From Paraspadella gotoi (lineage: Eukaryota > Animalia > Chaetognatha), in the NCBI GenBank assembly GCA_051294375.1, contig CM119265.1, forward strand, positions 28,805,359 through 28,869,358: a stretch of DNA of 64,000 bases, written 5' to 3'. The position numbers and the translations under genes were made by a program. Under the pieces are notes generated by a model. It had not been told where the DNA came from and did not search any database. It saw only the letters and a program-made list of their open reading frames with translations. Within the stretch, counting starts at the first letter, position 1. Each line of letters opens with the position of its first letter. This document shows positions 51,295 through 64,000 of this stretch, piece after piece.

Positions 51295-52334
51295 TCTCTT
51301 CTCTCTCTCTCTCTCTCTTCAGACAGATAAAATTGACAGGGAATTGCCTCTTCTTTCTTTCTTCATTTCTCTTTGTCTTTCTCGTTTTCCCCAAAATTTT
51401 AAATAAAATTTATAATTTTTGTTTTTAACTAGATCAATCAATAAATACATATTTTATTGAAATTTTTTCCATGTATTCATTAAAACGCTGATTACTTTTT
51501 TAGTTTTCGATCTAAGAATTTACATATGAATGTTAAATACAGAAGAAATATTTTTCTGCCATAGGTTCTTAATGAGATATTATGAAAATTCCAAGATTCT
51601 GGATATACTATATTAGACAAAATTTTAGACCAAATTTTAAAAAAAATTAAAAAGGTTGAATTGAATTTCTATATTTAATTATTAATCATTTCATATTTTA
51701 TATTTTATATTACTATTATATCATTATTTATCATTAATGTTTTAAGACCAAAATTGTTTTCATCTCCTCGCAATCTTTTTTTTTCTCCGTTGCTCTTTTT
51801 GTTTAGAAAAACAATTTCTCGTTCGGCCCGCCGCGACGAATGGCCGCGCATTAAATCGAGATCAGTCTCGCCCGCCTCGCGGAAAACAAAGAAATTACTT
51901 GCCTTATTTTAAGAAAATTCAAATAGAGAGAGACAGAGAGAGAGAGAGAAGAGAGAGAGAATGTAAAAACTAAAACAACAATGTATTTGTTTCTGATGGA
52001 AATTATTGAGTCTTTTTGTTATCTTTTTCCTTTGAGTTTTCTTTTCTTTATGTTTTCTTTTTCTTTTGTTTTTCTTTTCCTTATATTTCTTTACCTTTAT
52101 GTTTTCTTTTCCTTATGTTTACTTTGATTTCTTGTTTTCTTTCCTTTTGTTTCTTTTCCTTTTTTTTAATTTATATTTTTTTTCCTTTTTTTTCTTTCTT
52201 TTATTCTTTTCCTCCATTTCTCTCTTCACCCTCCTTCTCCTTTTTTCCACGAAGTTCATTTGGGGTCAAACGATGGTTTCACCGGGGTTCAAAAGGGTTC
52301 TCTCTCTCTCTCTCCTCTCTCTCTCTTCTCTCTC

Positions 52335-52368
<34 letters not shown>

Positions 52369-52530
52369 CTTTCACTCTCTCTATATCTCTCTGTCCTTTC
52401 TCTCTCACCTGTCAAACACCAAACTGCCAAATTCCAGGGAATTCCATTCAATCAATCCTCTTTCTTCCTCCCTTTCTTTTTTTTTCCTCATTTCTCTTCT
52501 TTCCTTTCCTAAATCCTTTCACTCCCCCTC
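47920..52530 (+). repeat. Block C, duplicated at 59407-64000 (offset 11487) and partly at 57255-57987
   Basis: Identical ORF translations at offset 11487 (48271/59758, 48744/60231, 50689/62176). Apparent identity runs 47920-51331, with indel-divergent similarity after that. Confidence 0.97.
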
Positions 52531-53147
52531 TCTTTGATCTTACCTCTTTTTCTTTTTATATTCTTTCTCTTTTCCTCCCTTTCCTCCCTTCCTATCTTCC
52601 TATCTTGATCCCTATATGCTCAAATTTTCTTATCTTCTTTCTACCTTCCTCCTCCTCCCTTCCTCCTTGAACTCTTTTCTTTTTGTTCTCCTTTCTCCTT
52701 TCCTCCTTTCCTCCCTCTCTTCCTCCTTGGACATTTTCTTTCATCTTTCTCTATTTCCTCTCTCCCTCTCTTCCTCTCGACCTTACTCTTTTTATTCATC
52801 GCTTTCTCCTTTCCTCCTTCTCTCGTCTTCCCCCTTCCTCCACAATTTCCACAAAGAATATTAATTAATACGGGAAGAGAGAGTTTCCATTCTGGCTTCG
52901 GCAATTACATCCCTCAACGAGTCCCTTAACACTCCTTTCGCAGTTAAAGACCATAATCTGGGCTATGGTTTGGCGGCCAAAGTGTCGGCCAAGGTTGGCG
53001 GCTTAAACGTCGGCTTATGGAGGCGTCTGTATTGGCGGCTTATGTCTCTTGCCAGCCATTTTTAAAGTTTCGTTTAAAAAAAAAAATTAAAAAAACTTTT
53101 TTTTGGCTGAAACACTTGGTAGAGTTTGGTGCCATAATAGTTATCGA

Positions 53148-53149
<2 letters not shown>

Positions 53150-53180
<31 letters not shown>

Positions 53181-53212
53181 ATTGATTGATTGATTTGATT
53201 GATTGATTGATT
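53150..53212. repeat. (TTGA)n tetranucleotide microsatellite
   Basis: Interrupted TTGA run. Confidence 0.9.
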
Positions 53213-53282
53213 GCTTATACCGGCTTCGTTATAGAACGGTTAAATGGAAAAACGTATTCATTATCATTATAATCTCCCTCTC

Positions 53283-53373
<91 letters not shown>

Positions 53374-53494
53374 ATGTTTTTTTTTTGTTTTTCTCAGTTT
53401 TTCTCCCTCGTTTCGTTTCTTCTCTTCCGATATCCAAGAATAGTTTTTTCTCCTTCAACCTCTTTTTCTATTTTTTCTCGTAACTGATCATTGA

Positions 53495-53700
53495 ACATCG
53501 TCTGTTTGCTTTTGATCGACTTCTGTCTGTTTGCTGATCGACTCTCTGATTGCTTGATCGACTCTATCTTCTTTTTCTATCGGACTTTCGTCTACTTGCT
53601 TCTACATCCTTCTTTCTGCTTGCTCTCTATTGACTTTGTTGCCTTGCTCTGATCGACTCTTTCTGCTTGCTCTATCGCACTTTTCGTCGTTTGCTTGGCT
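53495..53700. repeat. Degenerate ~25-bp minisatellite (CTGCTTGCTCTGATCGACTCT-like)
   Basis: Recurrent TTGC...GATCGACT units. Confidence 0.7.
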
Positions 53701-54140
53701 CTCATTGTTAGCTCTCAAGTAGCTGGTAATGTCGGGCGTCCCTCCGTCCAGACAAGCTCCAGACAAGCTTGCTGCCGTCGATGGTTTCGGTGATTGAGTC
53801 GGACGCCGAGACGCGAGCAGAGAAGATTAGAGGGAGGACGCGCAAGCATTATGAACCTAGCATTGTGAAACCAGCATGGCTGAACCAAAGCATGCGTGAA
53901 CCAAACTTTATGGAGAGGACTTATGAAGTAACCATTATAACGATGTCGTTTACTTCTACATCACTTTGATACTAACGTTAATGTTATAACATTTTTAAAA
54001 GCTGACGACAACCCAAGCTTCAATCATGAAATGATCAATTCGACGTTCATAACTCTGCTCTGTCTCTGTCTCTGTCTCACGTTCCTCACTCTGTCTCAGT
54101 CAGATCAAAATTCCTTCATCGATCCATACTCTCTCTTCTT

Positions 54141-54222
<82 letters not shown>

Positions 54223-54229
54223 CTCTCTT

Positions 54230-54300
<71 letters not shown>

Positions 54301-54429
54301 CACAGTCTCTACCCACCCTCCCGTCTTAGCGCCGCTCTGCGCCTTCTCGACCCCAAGCCGCCTTCGCCGCCTCCCTTTATGGTCAACTTGGATTTTTGTG
54401 GGCCTCAAATCTCGGTTGAGCGAAAAGGG

Positions 54430-54790
54430 AGACGGGGAGTGGTCGGGGAGCGGGTTGAAGTGAGTGGTGGGGAGTGGTAAAGGGGAGGGTTAGAGTGGTA
54501 AAAGGGGAGTGGTTCGAGGTGAGTGGTAGTCGGGGAGTGGCAAAAGGGGAGTGGTTAAAGTGATTAGTAGGGGGGGAGTTGGCAAAGGGGGAGCGTGGTT
54601 TAAGTGTTGTGAGGGGGAGTGGCAAAGGGGAAAGCGGTTAAAGTGTTGGTAGGGGGAGTGGCAAAGGGAGGGTTGAAGTGAGAGAAGGGGAGTGCAAGGG
54701 GAGCGGTTAGTAGTGGTAAAGGGAGTTGTTGTGAAGTAAAGTGGTTAGGGGTGGTACAGGGGAAGTGGTAAATATGGTGAAGAGAGTGGA
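54430..54790. repeat. G-rich degenerate minisatellite (GGGGAGTGG units)
   Basis: Recurrent GGGGAGTGGCAAAGGGGAGTGGTTAAAGTG-like units. Confidence 0.85.
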
Positions 54791-56282
54791 CATGAAAGAT
54801 TGGTGAGGATGATGTAGTTCATTGAAGTTATTGTAGTGATTGAATTCTTCGAATCTCATTTACATTTATAGTATTTTTTATTTCATTTACGGTTTTCATG
54901 GAAGTCTTTATTTATTATTTCAGAATTTAATTTTAAGTGTTAAATAATTGAAACAGTAAAGCGGCCCGTCAGAATTATGGAATGAAATGGAAGACAAACT
55001 TTAGTGGTGGAGTTAAACTGTGAAGTACTGTGAGTATAGAGTTATTTACGGGAATGAATGAATAGTGGATCGGGGGCTAAGGTATAGCGTCTGGAGAGTG
55101 AAGTGAGAAGGGGAAGTATGGGGCGACGTTGGAGCGGAGTAGTGGAGCCACTGTTGGGAGCGGGTAGTGTTAGCGACGGCGACTCGATCGCGGCGACTTG
55201 ACGGCCGAGCCGCGTCGATGGACGAAAGAAAAAGGAGAGGAAGAGAGGGGGAAGGGAGGAAGTGGAGACAGGGTGTGAGGGAGGGAAGGAGTGAAGGAAA
55301 GAAGGGGGAGGCGAGGGAGAAGTGGGGAGGAGAAGAGGACAGATTAAGTGAAATAGGGTGGAGAGAGGAAGAAAGGAAGCGGGAGAAACAAAGGAATGAG
55401 AAAAGGAGGAGGAAGAAACAGGAGGAAAAAAGGGAGGGAAGGAGAGAGAGAGAGAGAGAGAGAGAGCATGAGAGAGAGAGAGAGGAGAGAGAGAGACGAG
55501 AGAGAGACGAGGAGAGAGAGAGAAGAGACGTTTTTTTCTTTGTTGTGGCGGGTAATTTGTTTATGCATTCTTGAAACGCCAGCGTCTTAAGAAGATGAGC
55601 TTTTTTTATGAGGAAGGGCTTGCCTTGTCTCTCTCGGCTTCAAAAGTCTCGCCGCCTCCTCCTCCTCTTCCTCCTCTCCTCCTCTCTCCTCTTCGTCGCG
55701 CCACCACCTCTGGCTCGACCACTCTGGCTCGACCACCCTGGCGGTAAAAAGTGGAAGGGAGGAAAAAAGAAAGATAAATATTCGTTGAATTGAAAAGGAT
55801 AATTATTTATGCTAGAATCTAAAGAGGAAAAATCTCCCAAAAAATAACAGAGGAAAAAAAAGGGGAAAATTAATAAAAAAAAACATTTTATCGATGGGTT
55901 GATTAAAAAATAGCCGTAAATTTCTCCCTATGATAATATTTATAATATGTCTTATTTATCACACTATTATCATATCTTCATATTCCGATTCGTGATTCCA
56001 ATGTGAACATTTTGTTCGGTTTTTTTTCCCTTTTTTTTCCTCCAATTCCTTCCACCTTTTTTATTTGTCGACCTTATAGTCGTTTTTCCTCTTAGCTTAC
56101 TTTTTCACCATACCACCTCCATCTTCACAGGGACCTTTCCTCCCCTTCTTCCTCCTCTTCCTCCCCTTTCCTCCCTTATTCTTCCCCTTTTCTCCCCTTC
56201 TTCTCTTCTTTTTTCCCTTTTTCTTTCTTCCTTCTCCTCCCTTCCTCCTTCTTCCCCTCCACTCTCCTCTCTCCCTCTCTCC

Positions 56283-56315
<33 letters not shown>

Positions 56316-57254
56316 TCTCTCTTCTCTCAGCGTTTGCCACAGGGCTTCGGCTGCTCTCGCTGTCTCACATCGCTACCATTAACCTTGTCTAGTCACTAAG
56401 TACTTTCGCTTCGGAAAGACGGACCAGAATGAGGGGGGAGAGGGGGGAGAGGGAGGAGAAGAGGGGAGGAGAGAGAGGGAGGAAGGGGGAGAGGAGGAGA
56501 GAGAGAGGGAAGAGGGGAGAGAGAGGAAGAGGGGGAAGAAGAGGAGGAAAGAAAGAAATATGAAAGAGAATGAGGAATATGTGTTAGAGGATAGAAAGGA
56601 TGGGGGAGGAGGAAGAAAAGAGAGGAAGAGAAGGAAGATGGAGAATGAAAAAGAAAAGAAAAAATAGAAAAATAAAGGAATAGAAAATGATTGAGGAAGG
56701 GATAGAAAAAATAAATTTAAAAAAATTAAAAAATTAAAAGTTAAACGAAAGGAATCTAAATGAAAAAAAGTAAAAAAAAAAACAACAAAAAACTGGACTG
56801 CTAAACGAATTTTAATTGTTTAATGAATCCTCTATATTTATTTAATCATTTTCTTATTAACCTTAATGATAATATGAAATTCGTTAGTGCGTTTTGAGGT
56901 CATTGATTAAGTCGTTTTGAATTTTACTTTTTGTTTTTGTTTTCTCTTGTTTTTTTGTTTATTTTGTTCAGTTTTCCTTTTTCTTTGTGATTTCACATTT
57001 TTTACTCGCGGTTCACTCGCGAGAATTTCCATCGATTTAATATGTTTTATTTTTTTTGTTCATTTGTTTGTTTTTTCTGTTTTCTTGTTTGGTATTCTGG
57101 TTTCTGTTTCGTGCGTTCATTGAAAAATGGGTCGTTCCTTCGGGAGAAAGCCTGGGCTCGTCGTGTCGTCTTCGTCGTCGTCGTCGTTCCTTCGGCGCCC
57201 GACTTTCAATAAGATAAGAACCCTCGAGACGCCAGATTCATCTGCTCTCTTTTT

Positions 57255-57520
57255 TTCTCGCTTTTGCTTTCTTGTGTTTGTCCGAGCGTTTTTGCCGTCG
57301 GCTAAGAAGGCAGATCATGTTCCTTTAGGTTTTTAACAAAGTAAAAACTAAATTATGATTTTTTATTTTTTTAAAAAATAAATACATTTTAAAATACAAA
57401 TGTAATAAAAAGCTAAAACTATTGCATGAAACAAATTAGTCATATCCTCCAGAACTAATTTTGTTAGTTTGCTTTATAACTTTTTAATATATGTGGTACT
57501 AGAATTTCTTTGAGTTTAGC

Positions 57521-57614
<94 letters not shown>

Positions 57615-57987
57615 TCTTTTCCCATTCACGGAAGGCTGGGTCGCTAGCGCCGAAGAACAATTATTTTTTTTCTTCGCTTTTCTTAGAAATGAGTTTTCGT
57701 TTGAAACAAATTCCTTCGCTTTATTGTTTTTCTTTTCTTTTTTCTTTTTTTTTCTTTTTTTTTTGTTTAAATATCGGAAATATTTTAAAAACTCTTTAAC
57801 TTTTAGCTTTTAAATTGCCTTCTATCTGATGTAAAAATAAGGATTAATGTAGCTTGTAAATAATGTAGCGCTAAAGTCATTAGGTTGTATTAAAAAAGAT
57901 TAATCTGTCTAGGAATGTCTACAGTCTTTTCTGGGATTGTCTCTGTTTGTATCCCAGTGAGTCTATGTCTGTCTCTCTCTCTCTCTC
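57255..57987 (+). repeat. Third partial copy of block C (48057-48800)
   Basis: ctcgcttttgctttcttgtg...gccgtcggctaagaaggcag through gtctaggaatgtctacagtcttttctggga. Confidence 0.92.
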
Positions 57988-58012
57988 NNNNNNNNNNNNN
58001 NNNNNNNNNNNN

Positions 58013-58916
58013 ACTCTCGGAGGAGAAAAAGAAAGAAAAAGGAGGAAAAAAGAAAGAAAAAGTGGAAAAAAGAAAGAAAAAGAAGGAAAAGAAAAAGTGG
58101 AAAAAGGAAAGAAAAAGGAGGAAAAAAGAAAAAAAGGTTTTTGGAAAAGGAAAAGAAAACGGAGAAAAAAAGGAAGAAAAAGGAGGGGAAAAAAAGGTGG
58201 AAAAAGGAAGAAAAAAGTAAAGAAAAAGTGGAAAAAAGAAGAAAACAGTTGAAAAAGGGAAAAAAGAGGCAAAATAAAAAAGAAAAAAGAGGAAAAAAGG
58301 AAAGAAAAAGGAAAGAAAAGAAGGAAAAAAAGGAGGAATTAAGGAAGAAAAACCAAAAAAAGAAAAGAAGTAAACGAAAGGAGAAAGTTATGTATCTCCT
58401 CTTTTGTGTCAAATTCTGAGAACTTAATTTTTTTAAAGGAGTTAACAAGTTAGCAAAACCATAAAATGAATTGTTTTTTTTCGAAGTTAGGGGACATATA
58501 AGAGGGTATGTTTACGGCACTGGGACTGTCATATAGCGTCGCTTTTTATATGTTAATGTTATTTTTTTTGGCATATACTTCCAAAAGCGTCTAATTTTTA
58601 GCTTAAATATTATTTTAATTTATTTATTTAAGCTTAAATTTTAAATATTGGTTAATTGAATGATATTACATTTTGGTTTATAGTCAGGGAATTAGTTGAA
58701 GGTGGTATATATTAATGAGTTTTATGAAAACAAAGTAGTGTTAGAAAATTAAGAGAAAAATTTAAAACAAAATTCTTGGAATACGATCTAAAAGCTTAAT
58801 TATTAGATTTAAGTGCTGTAGTTAATTGGCAGATATTTTAAGTAGAAATCCTTCAACACGAATATTATTTGTACGTTTTTGTGTTTCTTTTTTTCTTCTT
58901 CAATTTTCAATCTTTT

Positions 58917-58963
<47 letters not shown>

Positions 58964-59508
58964 TCTCTCTCTCTCTCTCTCTTCCTCTCTCACTCTTCTT
59001 CTTTTCTTTATGTTGGTAATTTTGATTGATTGAGGAAGCCGGTGATGGGTTGTTGATGTGGCGATATGTTTAGTTCGACAGTTCTTCACAAAAAAAAACT
59101 TTTTTTCCTCATCATCGACCATCGTGCGCCATGGCAGCGAAACGCGTGTTTTTTTGCGCGCGGAAGCGTTTTACCTTTTTCTTCTTTAAAAAAAAAAAAA
59201 AAGGGAAAAATCTTTCTTTACTTTTTATGTATCTCCTTCCATTTTTAGTTTCTCCCCTTTCGTCTCCTTCCTTTTTTACTTTCTTTTTCTCCTCCCTCTT
59301 CTTCTTCTCTCCCATCTCTTCCTCCCTCTCTTCCTCCTCCTCCTCCTTCTGTGTTCGTCATTACTTGATATTGCCCAACTGGCACACAGCAATACTTAGT
59401 CTGACTGACATTCTCCATTTTCATTTTTTCTTGACAACGACGACGGACTAGCGCGAGCTCTCGCAGACTCTCTCTCTCTCTCGTCTCTCTCTCTCTCTTC
59501 TCTCTCTC

Positions 59509-59549
<41 letters not shown>

Positions 59550-60373
59550 TTTGCTTTCTTGTGTTTTGTCCCGAGCGTTTTTGCCGTCGGCTAAGAAGGC
59601 AGAAATTCATGTTCCTTTAGGTTTTTAACAAAGTAATAAACTAAATTATGATTTTTTTATTTTTTTTAAAATAAGATACATTTTTAAAAATACAATGTAA
59701 TAAAAAGCTAAAACTATTGCATGAAAACAAATTAGTCATATTCCTCATGAACTAATTTTGTTAGTTTGCTTTATAATTTTTAATATATTTGGTGGTACTA
59801 GAATTTCTTTTTATTTGTTTAGCTTATCTCTCTCTCTCTCTCTCTCTTTCTCTTCTCTCTCTCTCTCTCTCTCTCTCCTCTCTCCTCTCTCTCTCTTCTC
59901 CTCTTCTCTCTCTCTCTCTCGATTCTTTTCCCATTTCACGGGAAAGGGCTGGGTCGCTAGCGCGAAGAACAATTATTTTTTTTCTTCGCTTTTCTTAGAA
60001 ATGAGTTTTTGTTTGAAACAAATCTCCTTCGCTCTTTATTGTTTTTCTTTTTCTTTTTTCTTTTTTTCTTTTTTTTGTTTAATATCGGGAAATATTTTAA
60101 AAACTCTTTAACTCTTTAGCTTTTTTAAATTGCCTTCTATCTGATGGTAAAAATAAGGATTAATGTAGCTTGTAAATAATGTAGCGCTAAAGTCATTAGG
60201 TTGTATTAAAAAAGATTAATCTGTCTAGGAATGTCTACAGTCTTTTCTGGGATGTCTCTGTTTGTATCCAGTGAGTTATGTCTGGTCTCTCGACTCTCTC
60301 TCTCTCTCTCTCTCTCTCTTCTACTTTCTCTCTCTCTCTCTCTCTCTCTTTCTTTCTCTCTATCTATCTCTCA

Positions 60374-60404
<31 letters not shown>

Positions 60405-60659
60405 TTCTCGAAAAGCCCAATTTTTTGGAGGACTTTCTTCAAGGTTCGGCCCCATAATCCTGGCAGACTTGCCCCCCTTGTCCCCTCCTCCTCCTCTTCC
60501 TCCTCCCCCTCTCTCCCTACCCCTTGTTCAGCGGGGGAGAAAGGGCGCCTTGTTAATGGGCAATGCAGCTTTGGAAATGGTATGCTCATTACTGAGGGTT
60601 TTGGGCAAGACGGGATTAGGTTAAAGAGGGAGATGAGGAGAGAGAGAGAGAGAAAGAGA

Positions 60660-60708
<49 letters not shown>

Positions 60709-62727
60709 GATAGAGAGAGAGAGAGATGAGACATGGGCTATACTCGAGATTCGCGGCTAGGAAGCACGATGTCGGACCACCGAGCCTTTTGTCCACCATG
60801 GCGGACCACATCGTCCGGCCAATCTTTGCCGCCGGGACTCGAGGTCGCGGATCGAGAGAATAAAATCTCTGATCCGGAGCAAATTCCGCGGATCAACTAG
60901 GACGATATCCGGAGATCGGTGGTCGCGGACGGAAGATTTCTTTTAGTTTTTTACTTATTTTTTGGGATAATTTGCTTTTCTTTTCGTTTGTTTTTGAGAC
61001 AACGATTATGAATAAAAAAATATTATATGTAATGATGGAAAAATGAAAAAAAAAATTTTAAAATAAAATAACTTAAAAAAAACAAATCAATTCGTTTTTT
61101 GCACTGAAGGCCCAAAACATTGTTTCGAAATTAATGTTTCAAAAAAATATGAAAAAAATATTTATAATCATCATCATCTTTTGATAGTTTCACTTTTTCT
61201 TAAATTTTGACCAAGAAAAAATTTTTTTTTGAAAGTTGTAGTTATATTTTTATTTATTTAGCTTTTTTCTCTATTCAGAATCTATCAAAAAAGTTAAGAT
61301 TGGTTAAAAAAGTATTTTATTCCTTTATACTAATATTGTAATTTTTGATTCGAACAATAAACAGCATTAAAATTGAATTTTTTAAAAAAAATCTTTTTTT
61401 ACCTGAAGTACACTCAAAGACTGAAGTTTTAGTGAATTTAATTTTTATCTGGTAGATTTCTAATAAATAAAGGATAAAAAAGGGACAATTTATTTACAAA
61501 CAAAATGACAAGAAAAAGTTAGAATGAGCACAAAATTAACACTATTAAAAACTAAATAACTACCATTGAATAAAAATAAAAGTGAAACGTTTTGCCAGCA
61601 AGTTCAAGTTGTTGGGCCTTTAGTTGATTTCTCCTTACCAACATTTTCCTTATACTAATAATGACTTTTGTACAATTTCATCTAATTATAAATTTAAAAT
61701 TTAAAATACTGCAAATTAAAAACCTTTTTTTTCATCACTTTAACATTAAATTTGATTTAATTCCTATTAAATTTTTAATTCGATTACCTAAATTGTCCAA
61801 TTTTTTTAAAAAATTCTTCCGTTTTTAATTATTGTCATTTTAACAAGTTGGAAAAAAACAATACAAGTGGAAAAAAATAATAATAGTTTAAATTATTTGC
61901 ACTTTATTTGTAATTATTTTTTACTTTAGTATTTATTTATTTATTTCATTTAGCTGTACATTGATCCGACATTTATTTGCTCAAACTTGGTTTAATACAA
62001 CTGATATTTTTTTCCTTTTTGTTCTTATTGTGTTTTTCCTTTGTTTCAATGTGAATTGATTTAGAGGAAAGTTTTTAAAAAGAGATACAACAAGATTTTA
62101 TTTCTTATAATGAACGGACATGTTTCGACTCACATACGAGTTTTCTTCAGCGCAATTCAATTGTTAATTTGAACTGTGAATTTTTTTCTTTCTTTCTTTC
62201 TGTCTTTTTTTTTCTTTTTTTTTTTTTTTTGTAATTTTTTTTTACTATTTTCTTTTTATCTTTTCATTATTTTTTTAATTAAAGGAATGAGCAGAAAAGA
62301 GTCTCGACTCTCGATTCCGCGGACTTTCAGCTCCGGTCGGTTATCCGCGGACTCTGTCATTAAAGCCCGGATGCCGCGGCGAGGGGGAGAAAAGAGAGAG
62401 AAGAGAAGAGGAATGACCCGTCGGGGGTTAGGTGTCGGGTCAGCGTCCGCGACCTGAGCGCCTGGACGGAGGAGAACAATAGCCGGGCAGCCGGGAAAAC
62501 AATAGATGTGACCAAAAATTGGTGTCCGCGAAGTTCAAGTATATGCCTCGATAGAGAGAGTGTGATAAAGAGAGAGAGAGACTAAGAGAGGAGAGAGAGA
62601 GAAGAGAGAGAGAGAGCCTTCAAAATATATTGAATAACTTAAATTTCAATAAAACAAACAAAATGCTACTTTTTTTTGATTGAACTTTTTATTTTTTGGG
62701 CATCAGGAGTGTTCATCTCTCTCTTTT

Positions 62728-62781
<54 letters not shown>

Positions 62782-63761
62782 TCTCTTCTCTCTCTCTCTC
62801 TCTCTTCAGACAGATAAATGACAGAAATTGCCTCTTCTTTCTTTCTTCATTTCCTCTTTGTCTCTCGTTTTCCCCAAATTTTAAATAAAATTTATAATTT
62901 TTGTTTTTAACTAGATCAATCAATAAATACATATTTTATTGAAATTTTTTCCATTATTCATAAAACGCTGATTACTTTTTTAGTTTTCGATCTAAGAATT
63001 TACATATTGAATGTAAATACAGAAGAAATATTTTCTGCCATAGGTTCTAATGAGATATTATGAAAAATTCCAAGATTACTGGATATACTATATTAGACAA
63101 AATTAGACCAAATTTTAAAAAAAAATTAAAAAGTTGAATGAATTTCTATATTTAATTATTACTTATTTCATATTTTATATTTTTATATTTACTATTATAT
63201 CATTATTATCATTAATATTTTTAAGACCAAAATTGTTTCATCTCCTCGCATCTTTTTTTTTTCATCCGTTGCTCTTTTGTTTAGAAAAACAATTTCTCGT
63301 TCGGCGCCGCGACGAATGGCCGCGCATTAAATCGAGATCAGTCTCGCCGCCTCGCGGAAAACAAAGAAATTACTTGCCTTATTTTAAGAAATTCAAAGAG
63401 AGAGAGACAGAGAGAGAGAGAAAGAGAGAGAGAATGTAAAACACTAAAACAACAATAGTATTTGTTTCTGATGAAATTATTGATCTTTTGTTATCTTTTC
63501 CTTTAGTTTTCTTTTCTTTATGTTTTCTTTTTCTTTTGTTTTCTTTTCCTTATATTTTCTTTACCTTATGTTTTCTTTTCCTTATGTTTACTTTTGATTT
63601 TGTTTTCTTTTCCTTTTGTTTTCTTTTCCTTTTTTTTTAATTATATTTTTTTCCTTTTTTTTCTTTCTTTTATTCTTTTCCTCCATTTCTCTCTTCACCT
63701 CCTTCTCCTTTTTCCACGAAGTTCATTTTGGGTCAACGATGGTTTCAACCGGGTCAAAAGG

Positions 63762-63837
<76 letters not shown>

Positions 63838-64000
63838 ACTCTCTCTATATCTCTCTGTCCCTCTCTCTCTCACCCTGTCAAACACCAAACTGCCAAATTC
63901 CAGAGGAAATTCCATCAATCAATCTCTTCTTTTTCTTCCTCCCTTTCCTTTTTCTTTCCTCATTTCTCTCTTTCCTTCCTAAATCCTTCACTCCCCCCTC
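58013..64000 (+). repeat. Blocks B''+C' (duplicate of ~46580-52530)
   Basis: Contiguous copy of the sequence that spans the 47895-47919 gap upstream. Confidence 0.95.

Overview
Eukaryotic, essentially non-coding DNA saturated with (CT/GA)n, (GAC)n, (CCT)n and A-rich simple repeats. This resembles microsatellite-rich arthropod, possibly crustacean, genomes, but that is an inference. Almost all ORFs in the supplied track are translations of simple repeats, and no host gene can be named. The one clearly identifiable element is a Ty3/gypsy LTR retrotransposon (~14564-21078, + strand). It has frameshifted but readable protease (DTGAS), RT (YVDE), RNase H, and integrase (HHCC, core and GPY/F-like motifs), then a polypurine tract and a ~350 bp 3' LTR. 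Its notable points are a heat-shock-element array (partly a 24-bp tandem repeat) just upstream of the LTR TATA box, a DIRS-like HINxLE motif in RNase H, a ~1.35 kb unexplained coding-like spacer between RNase H and integrase, and apparently empty copies of its insertion site elsewhere in the window. Much of the window's large-scale structure (inverted and tandem duplications next to six 25-N gaps, with indel-rich copies) looks like long-read gap-filling artefact rather than biology.
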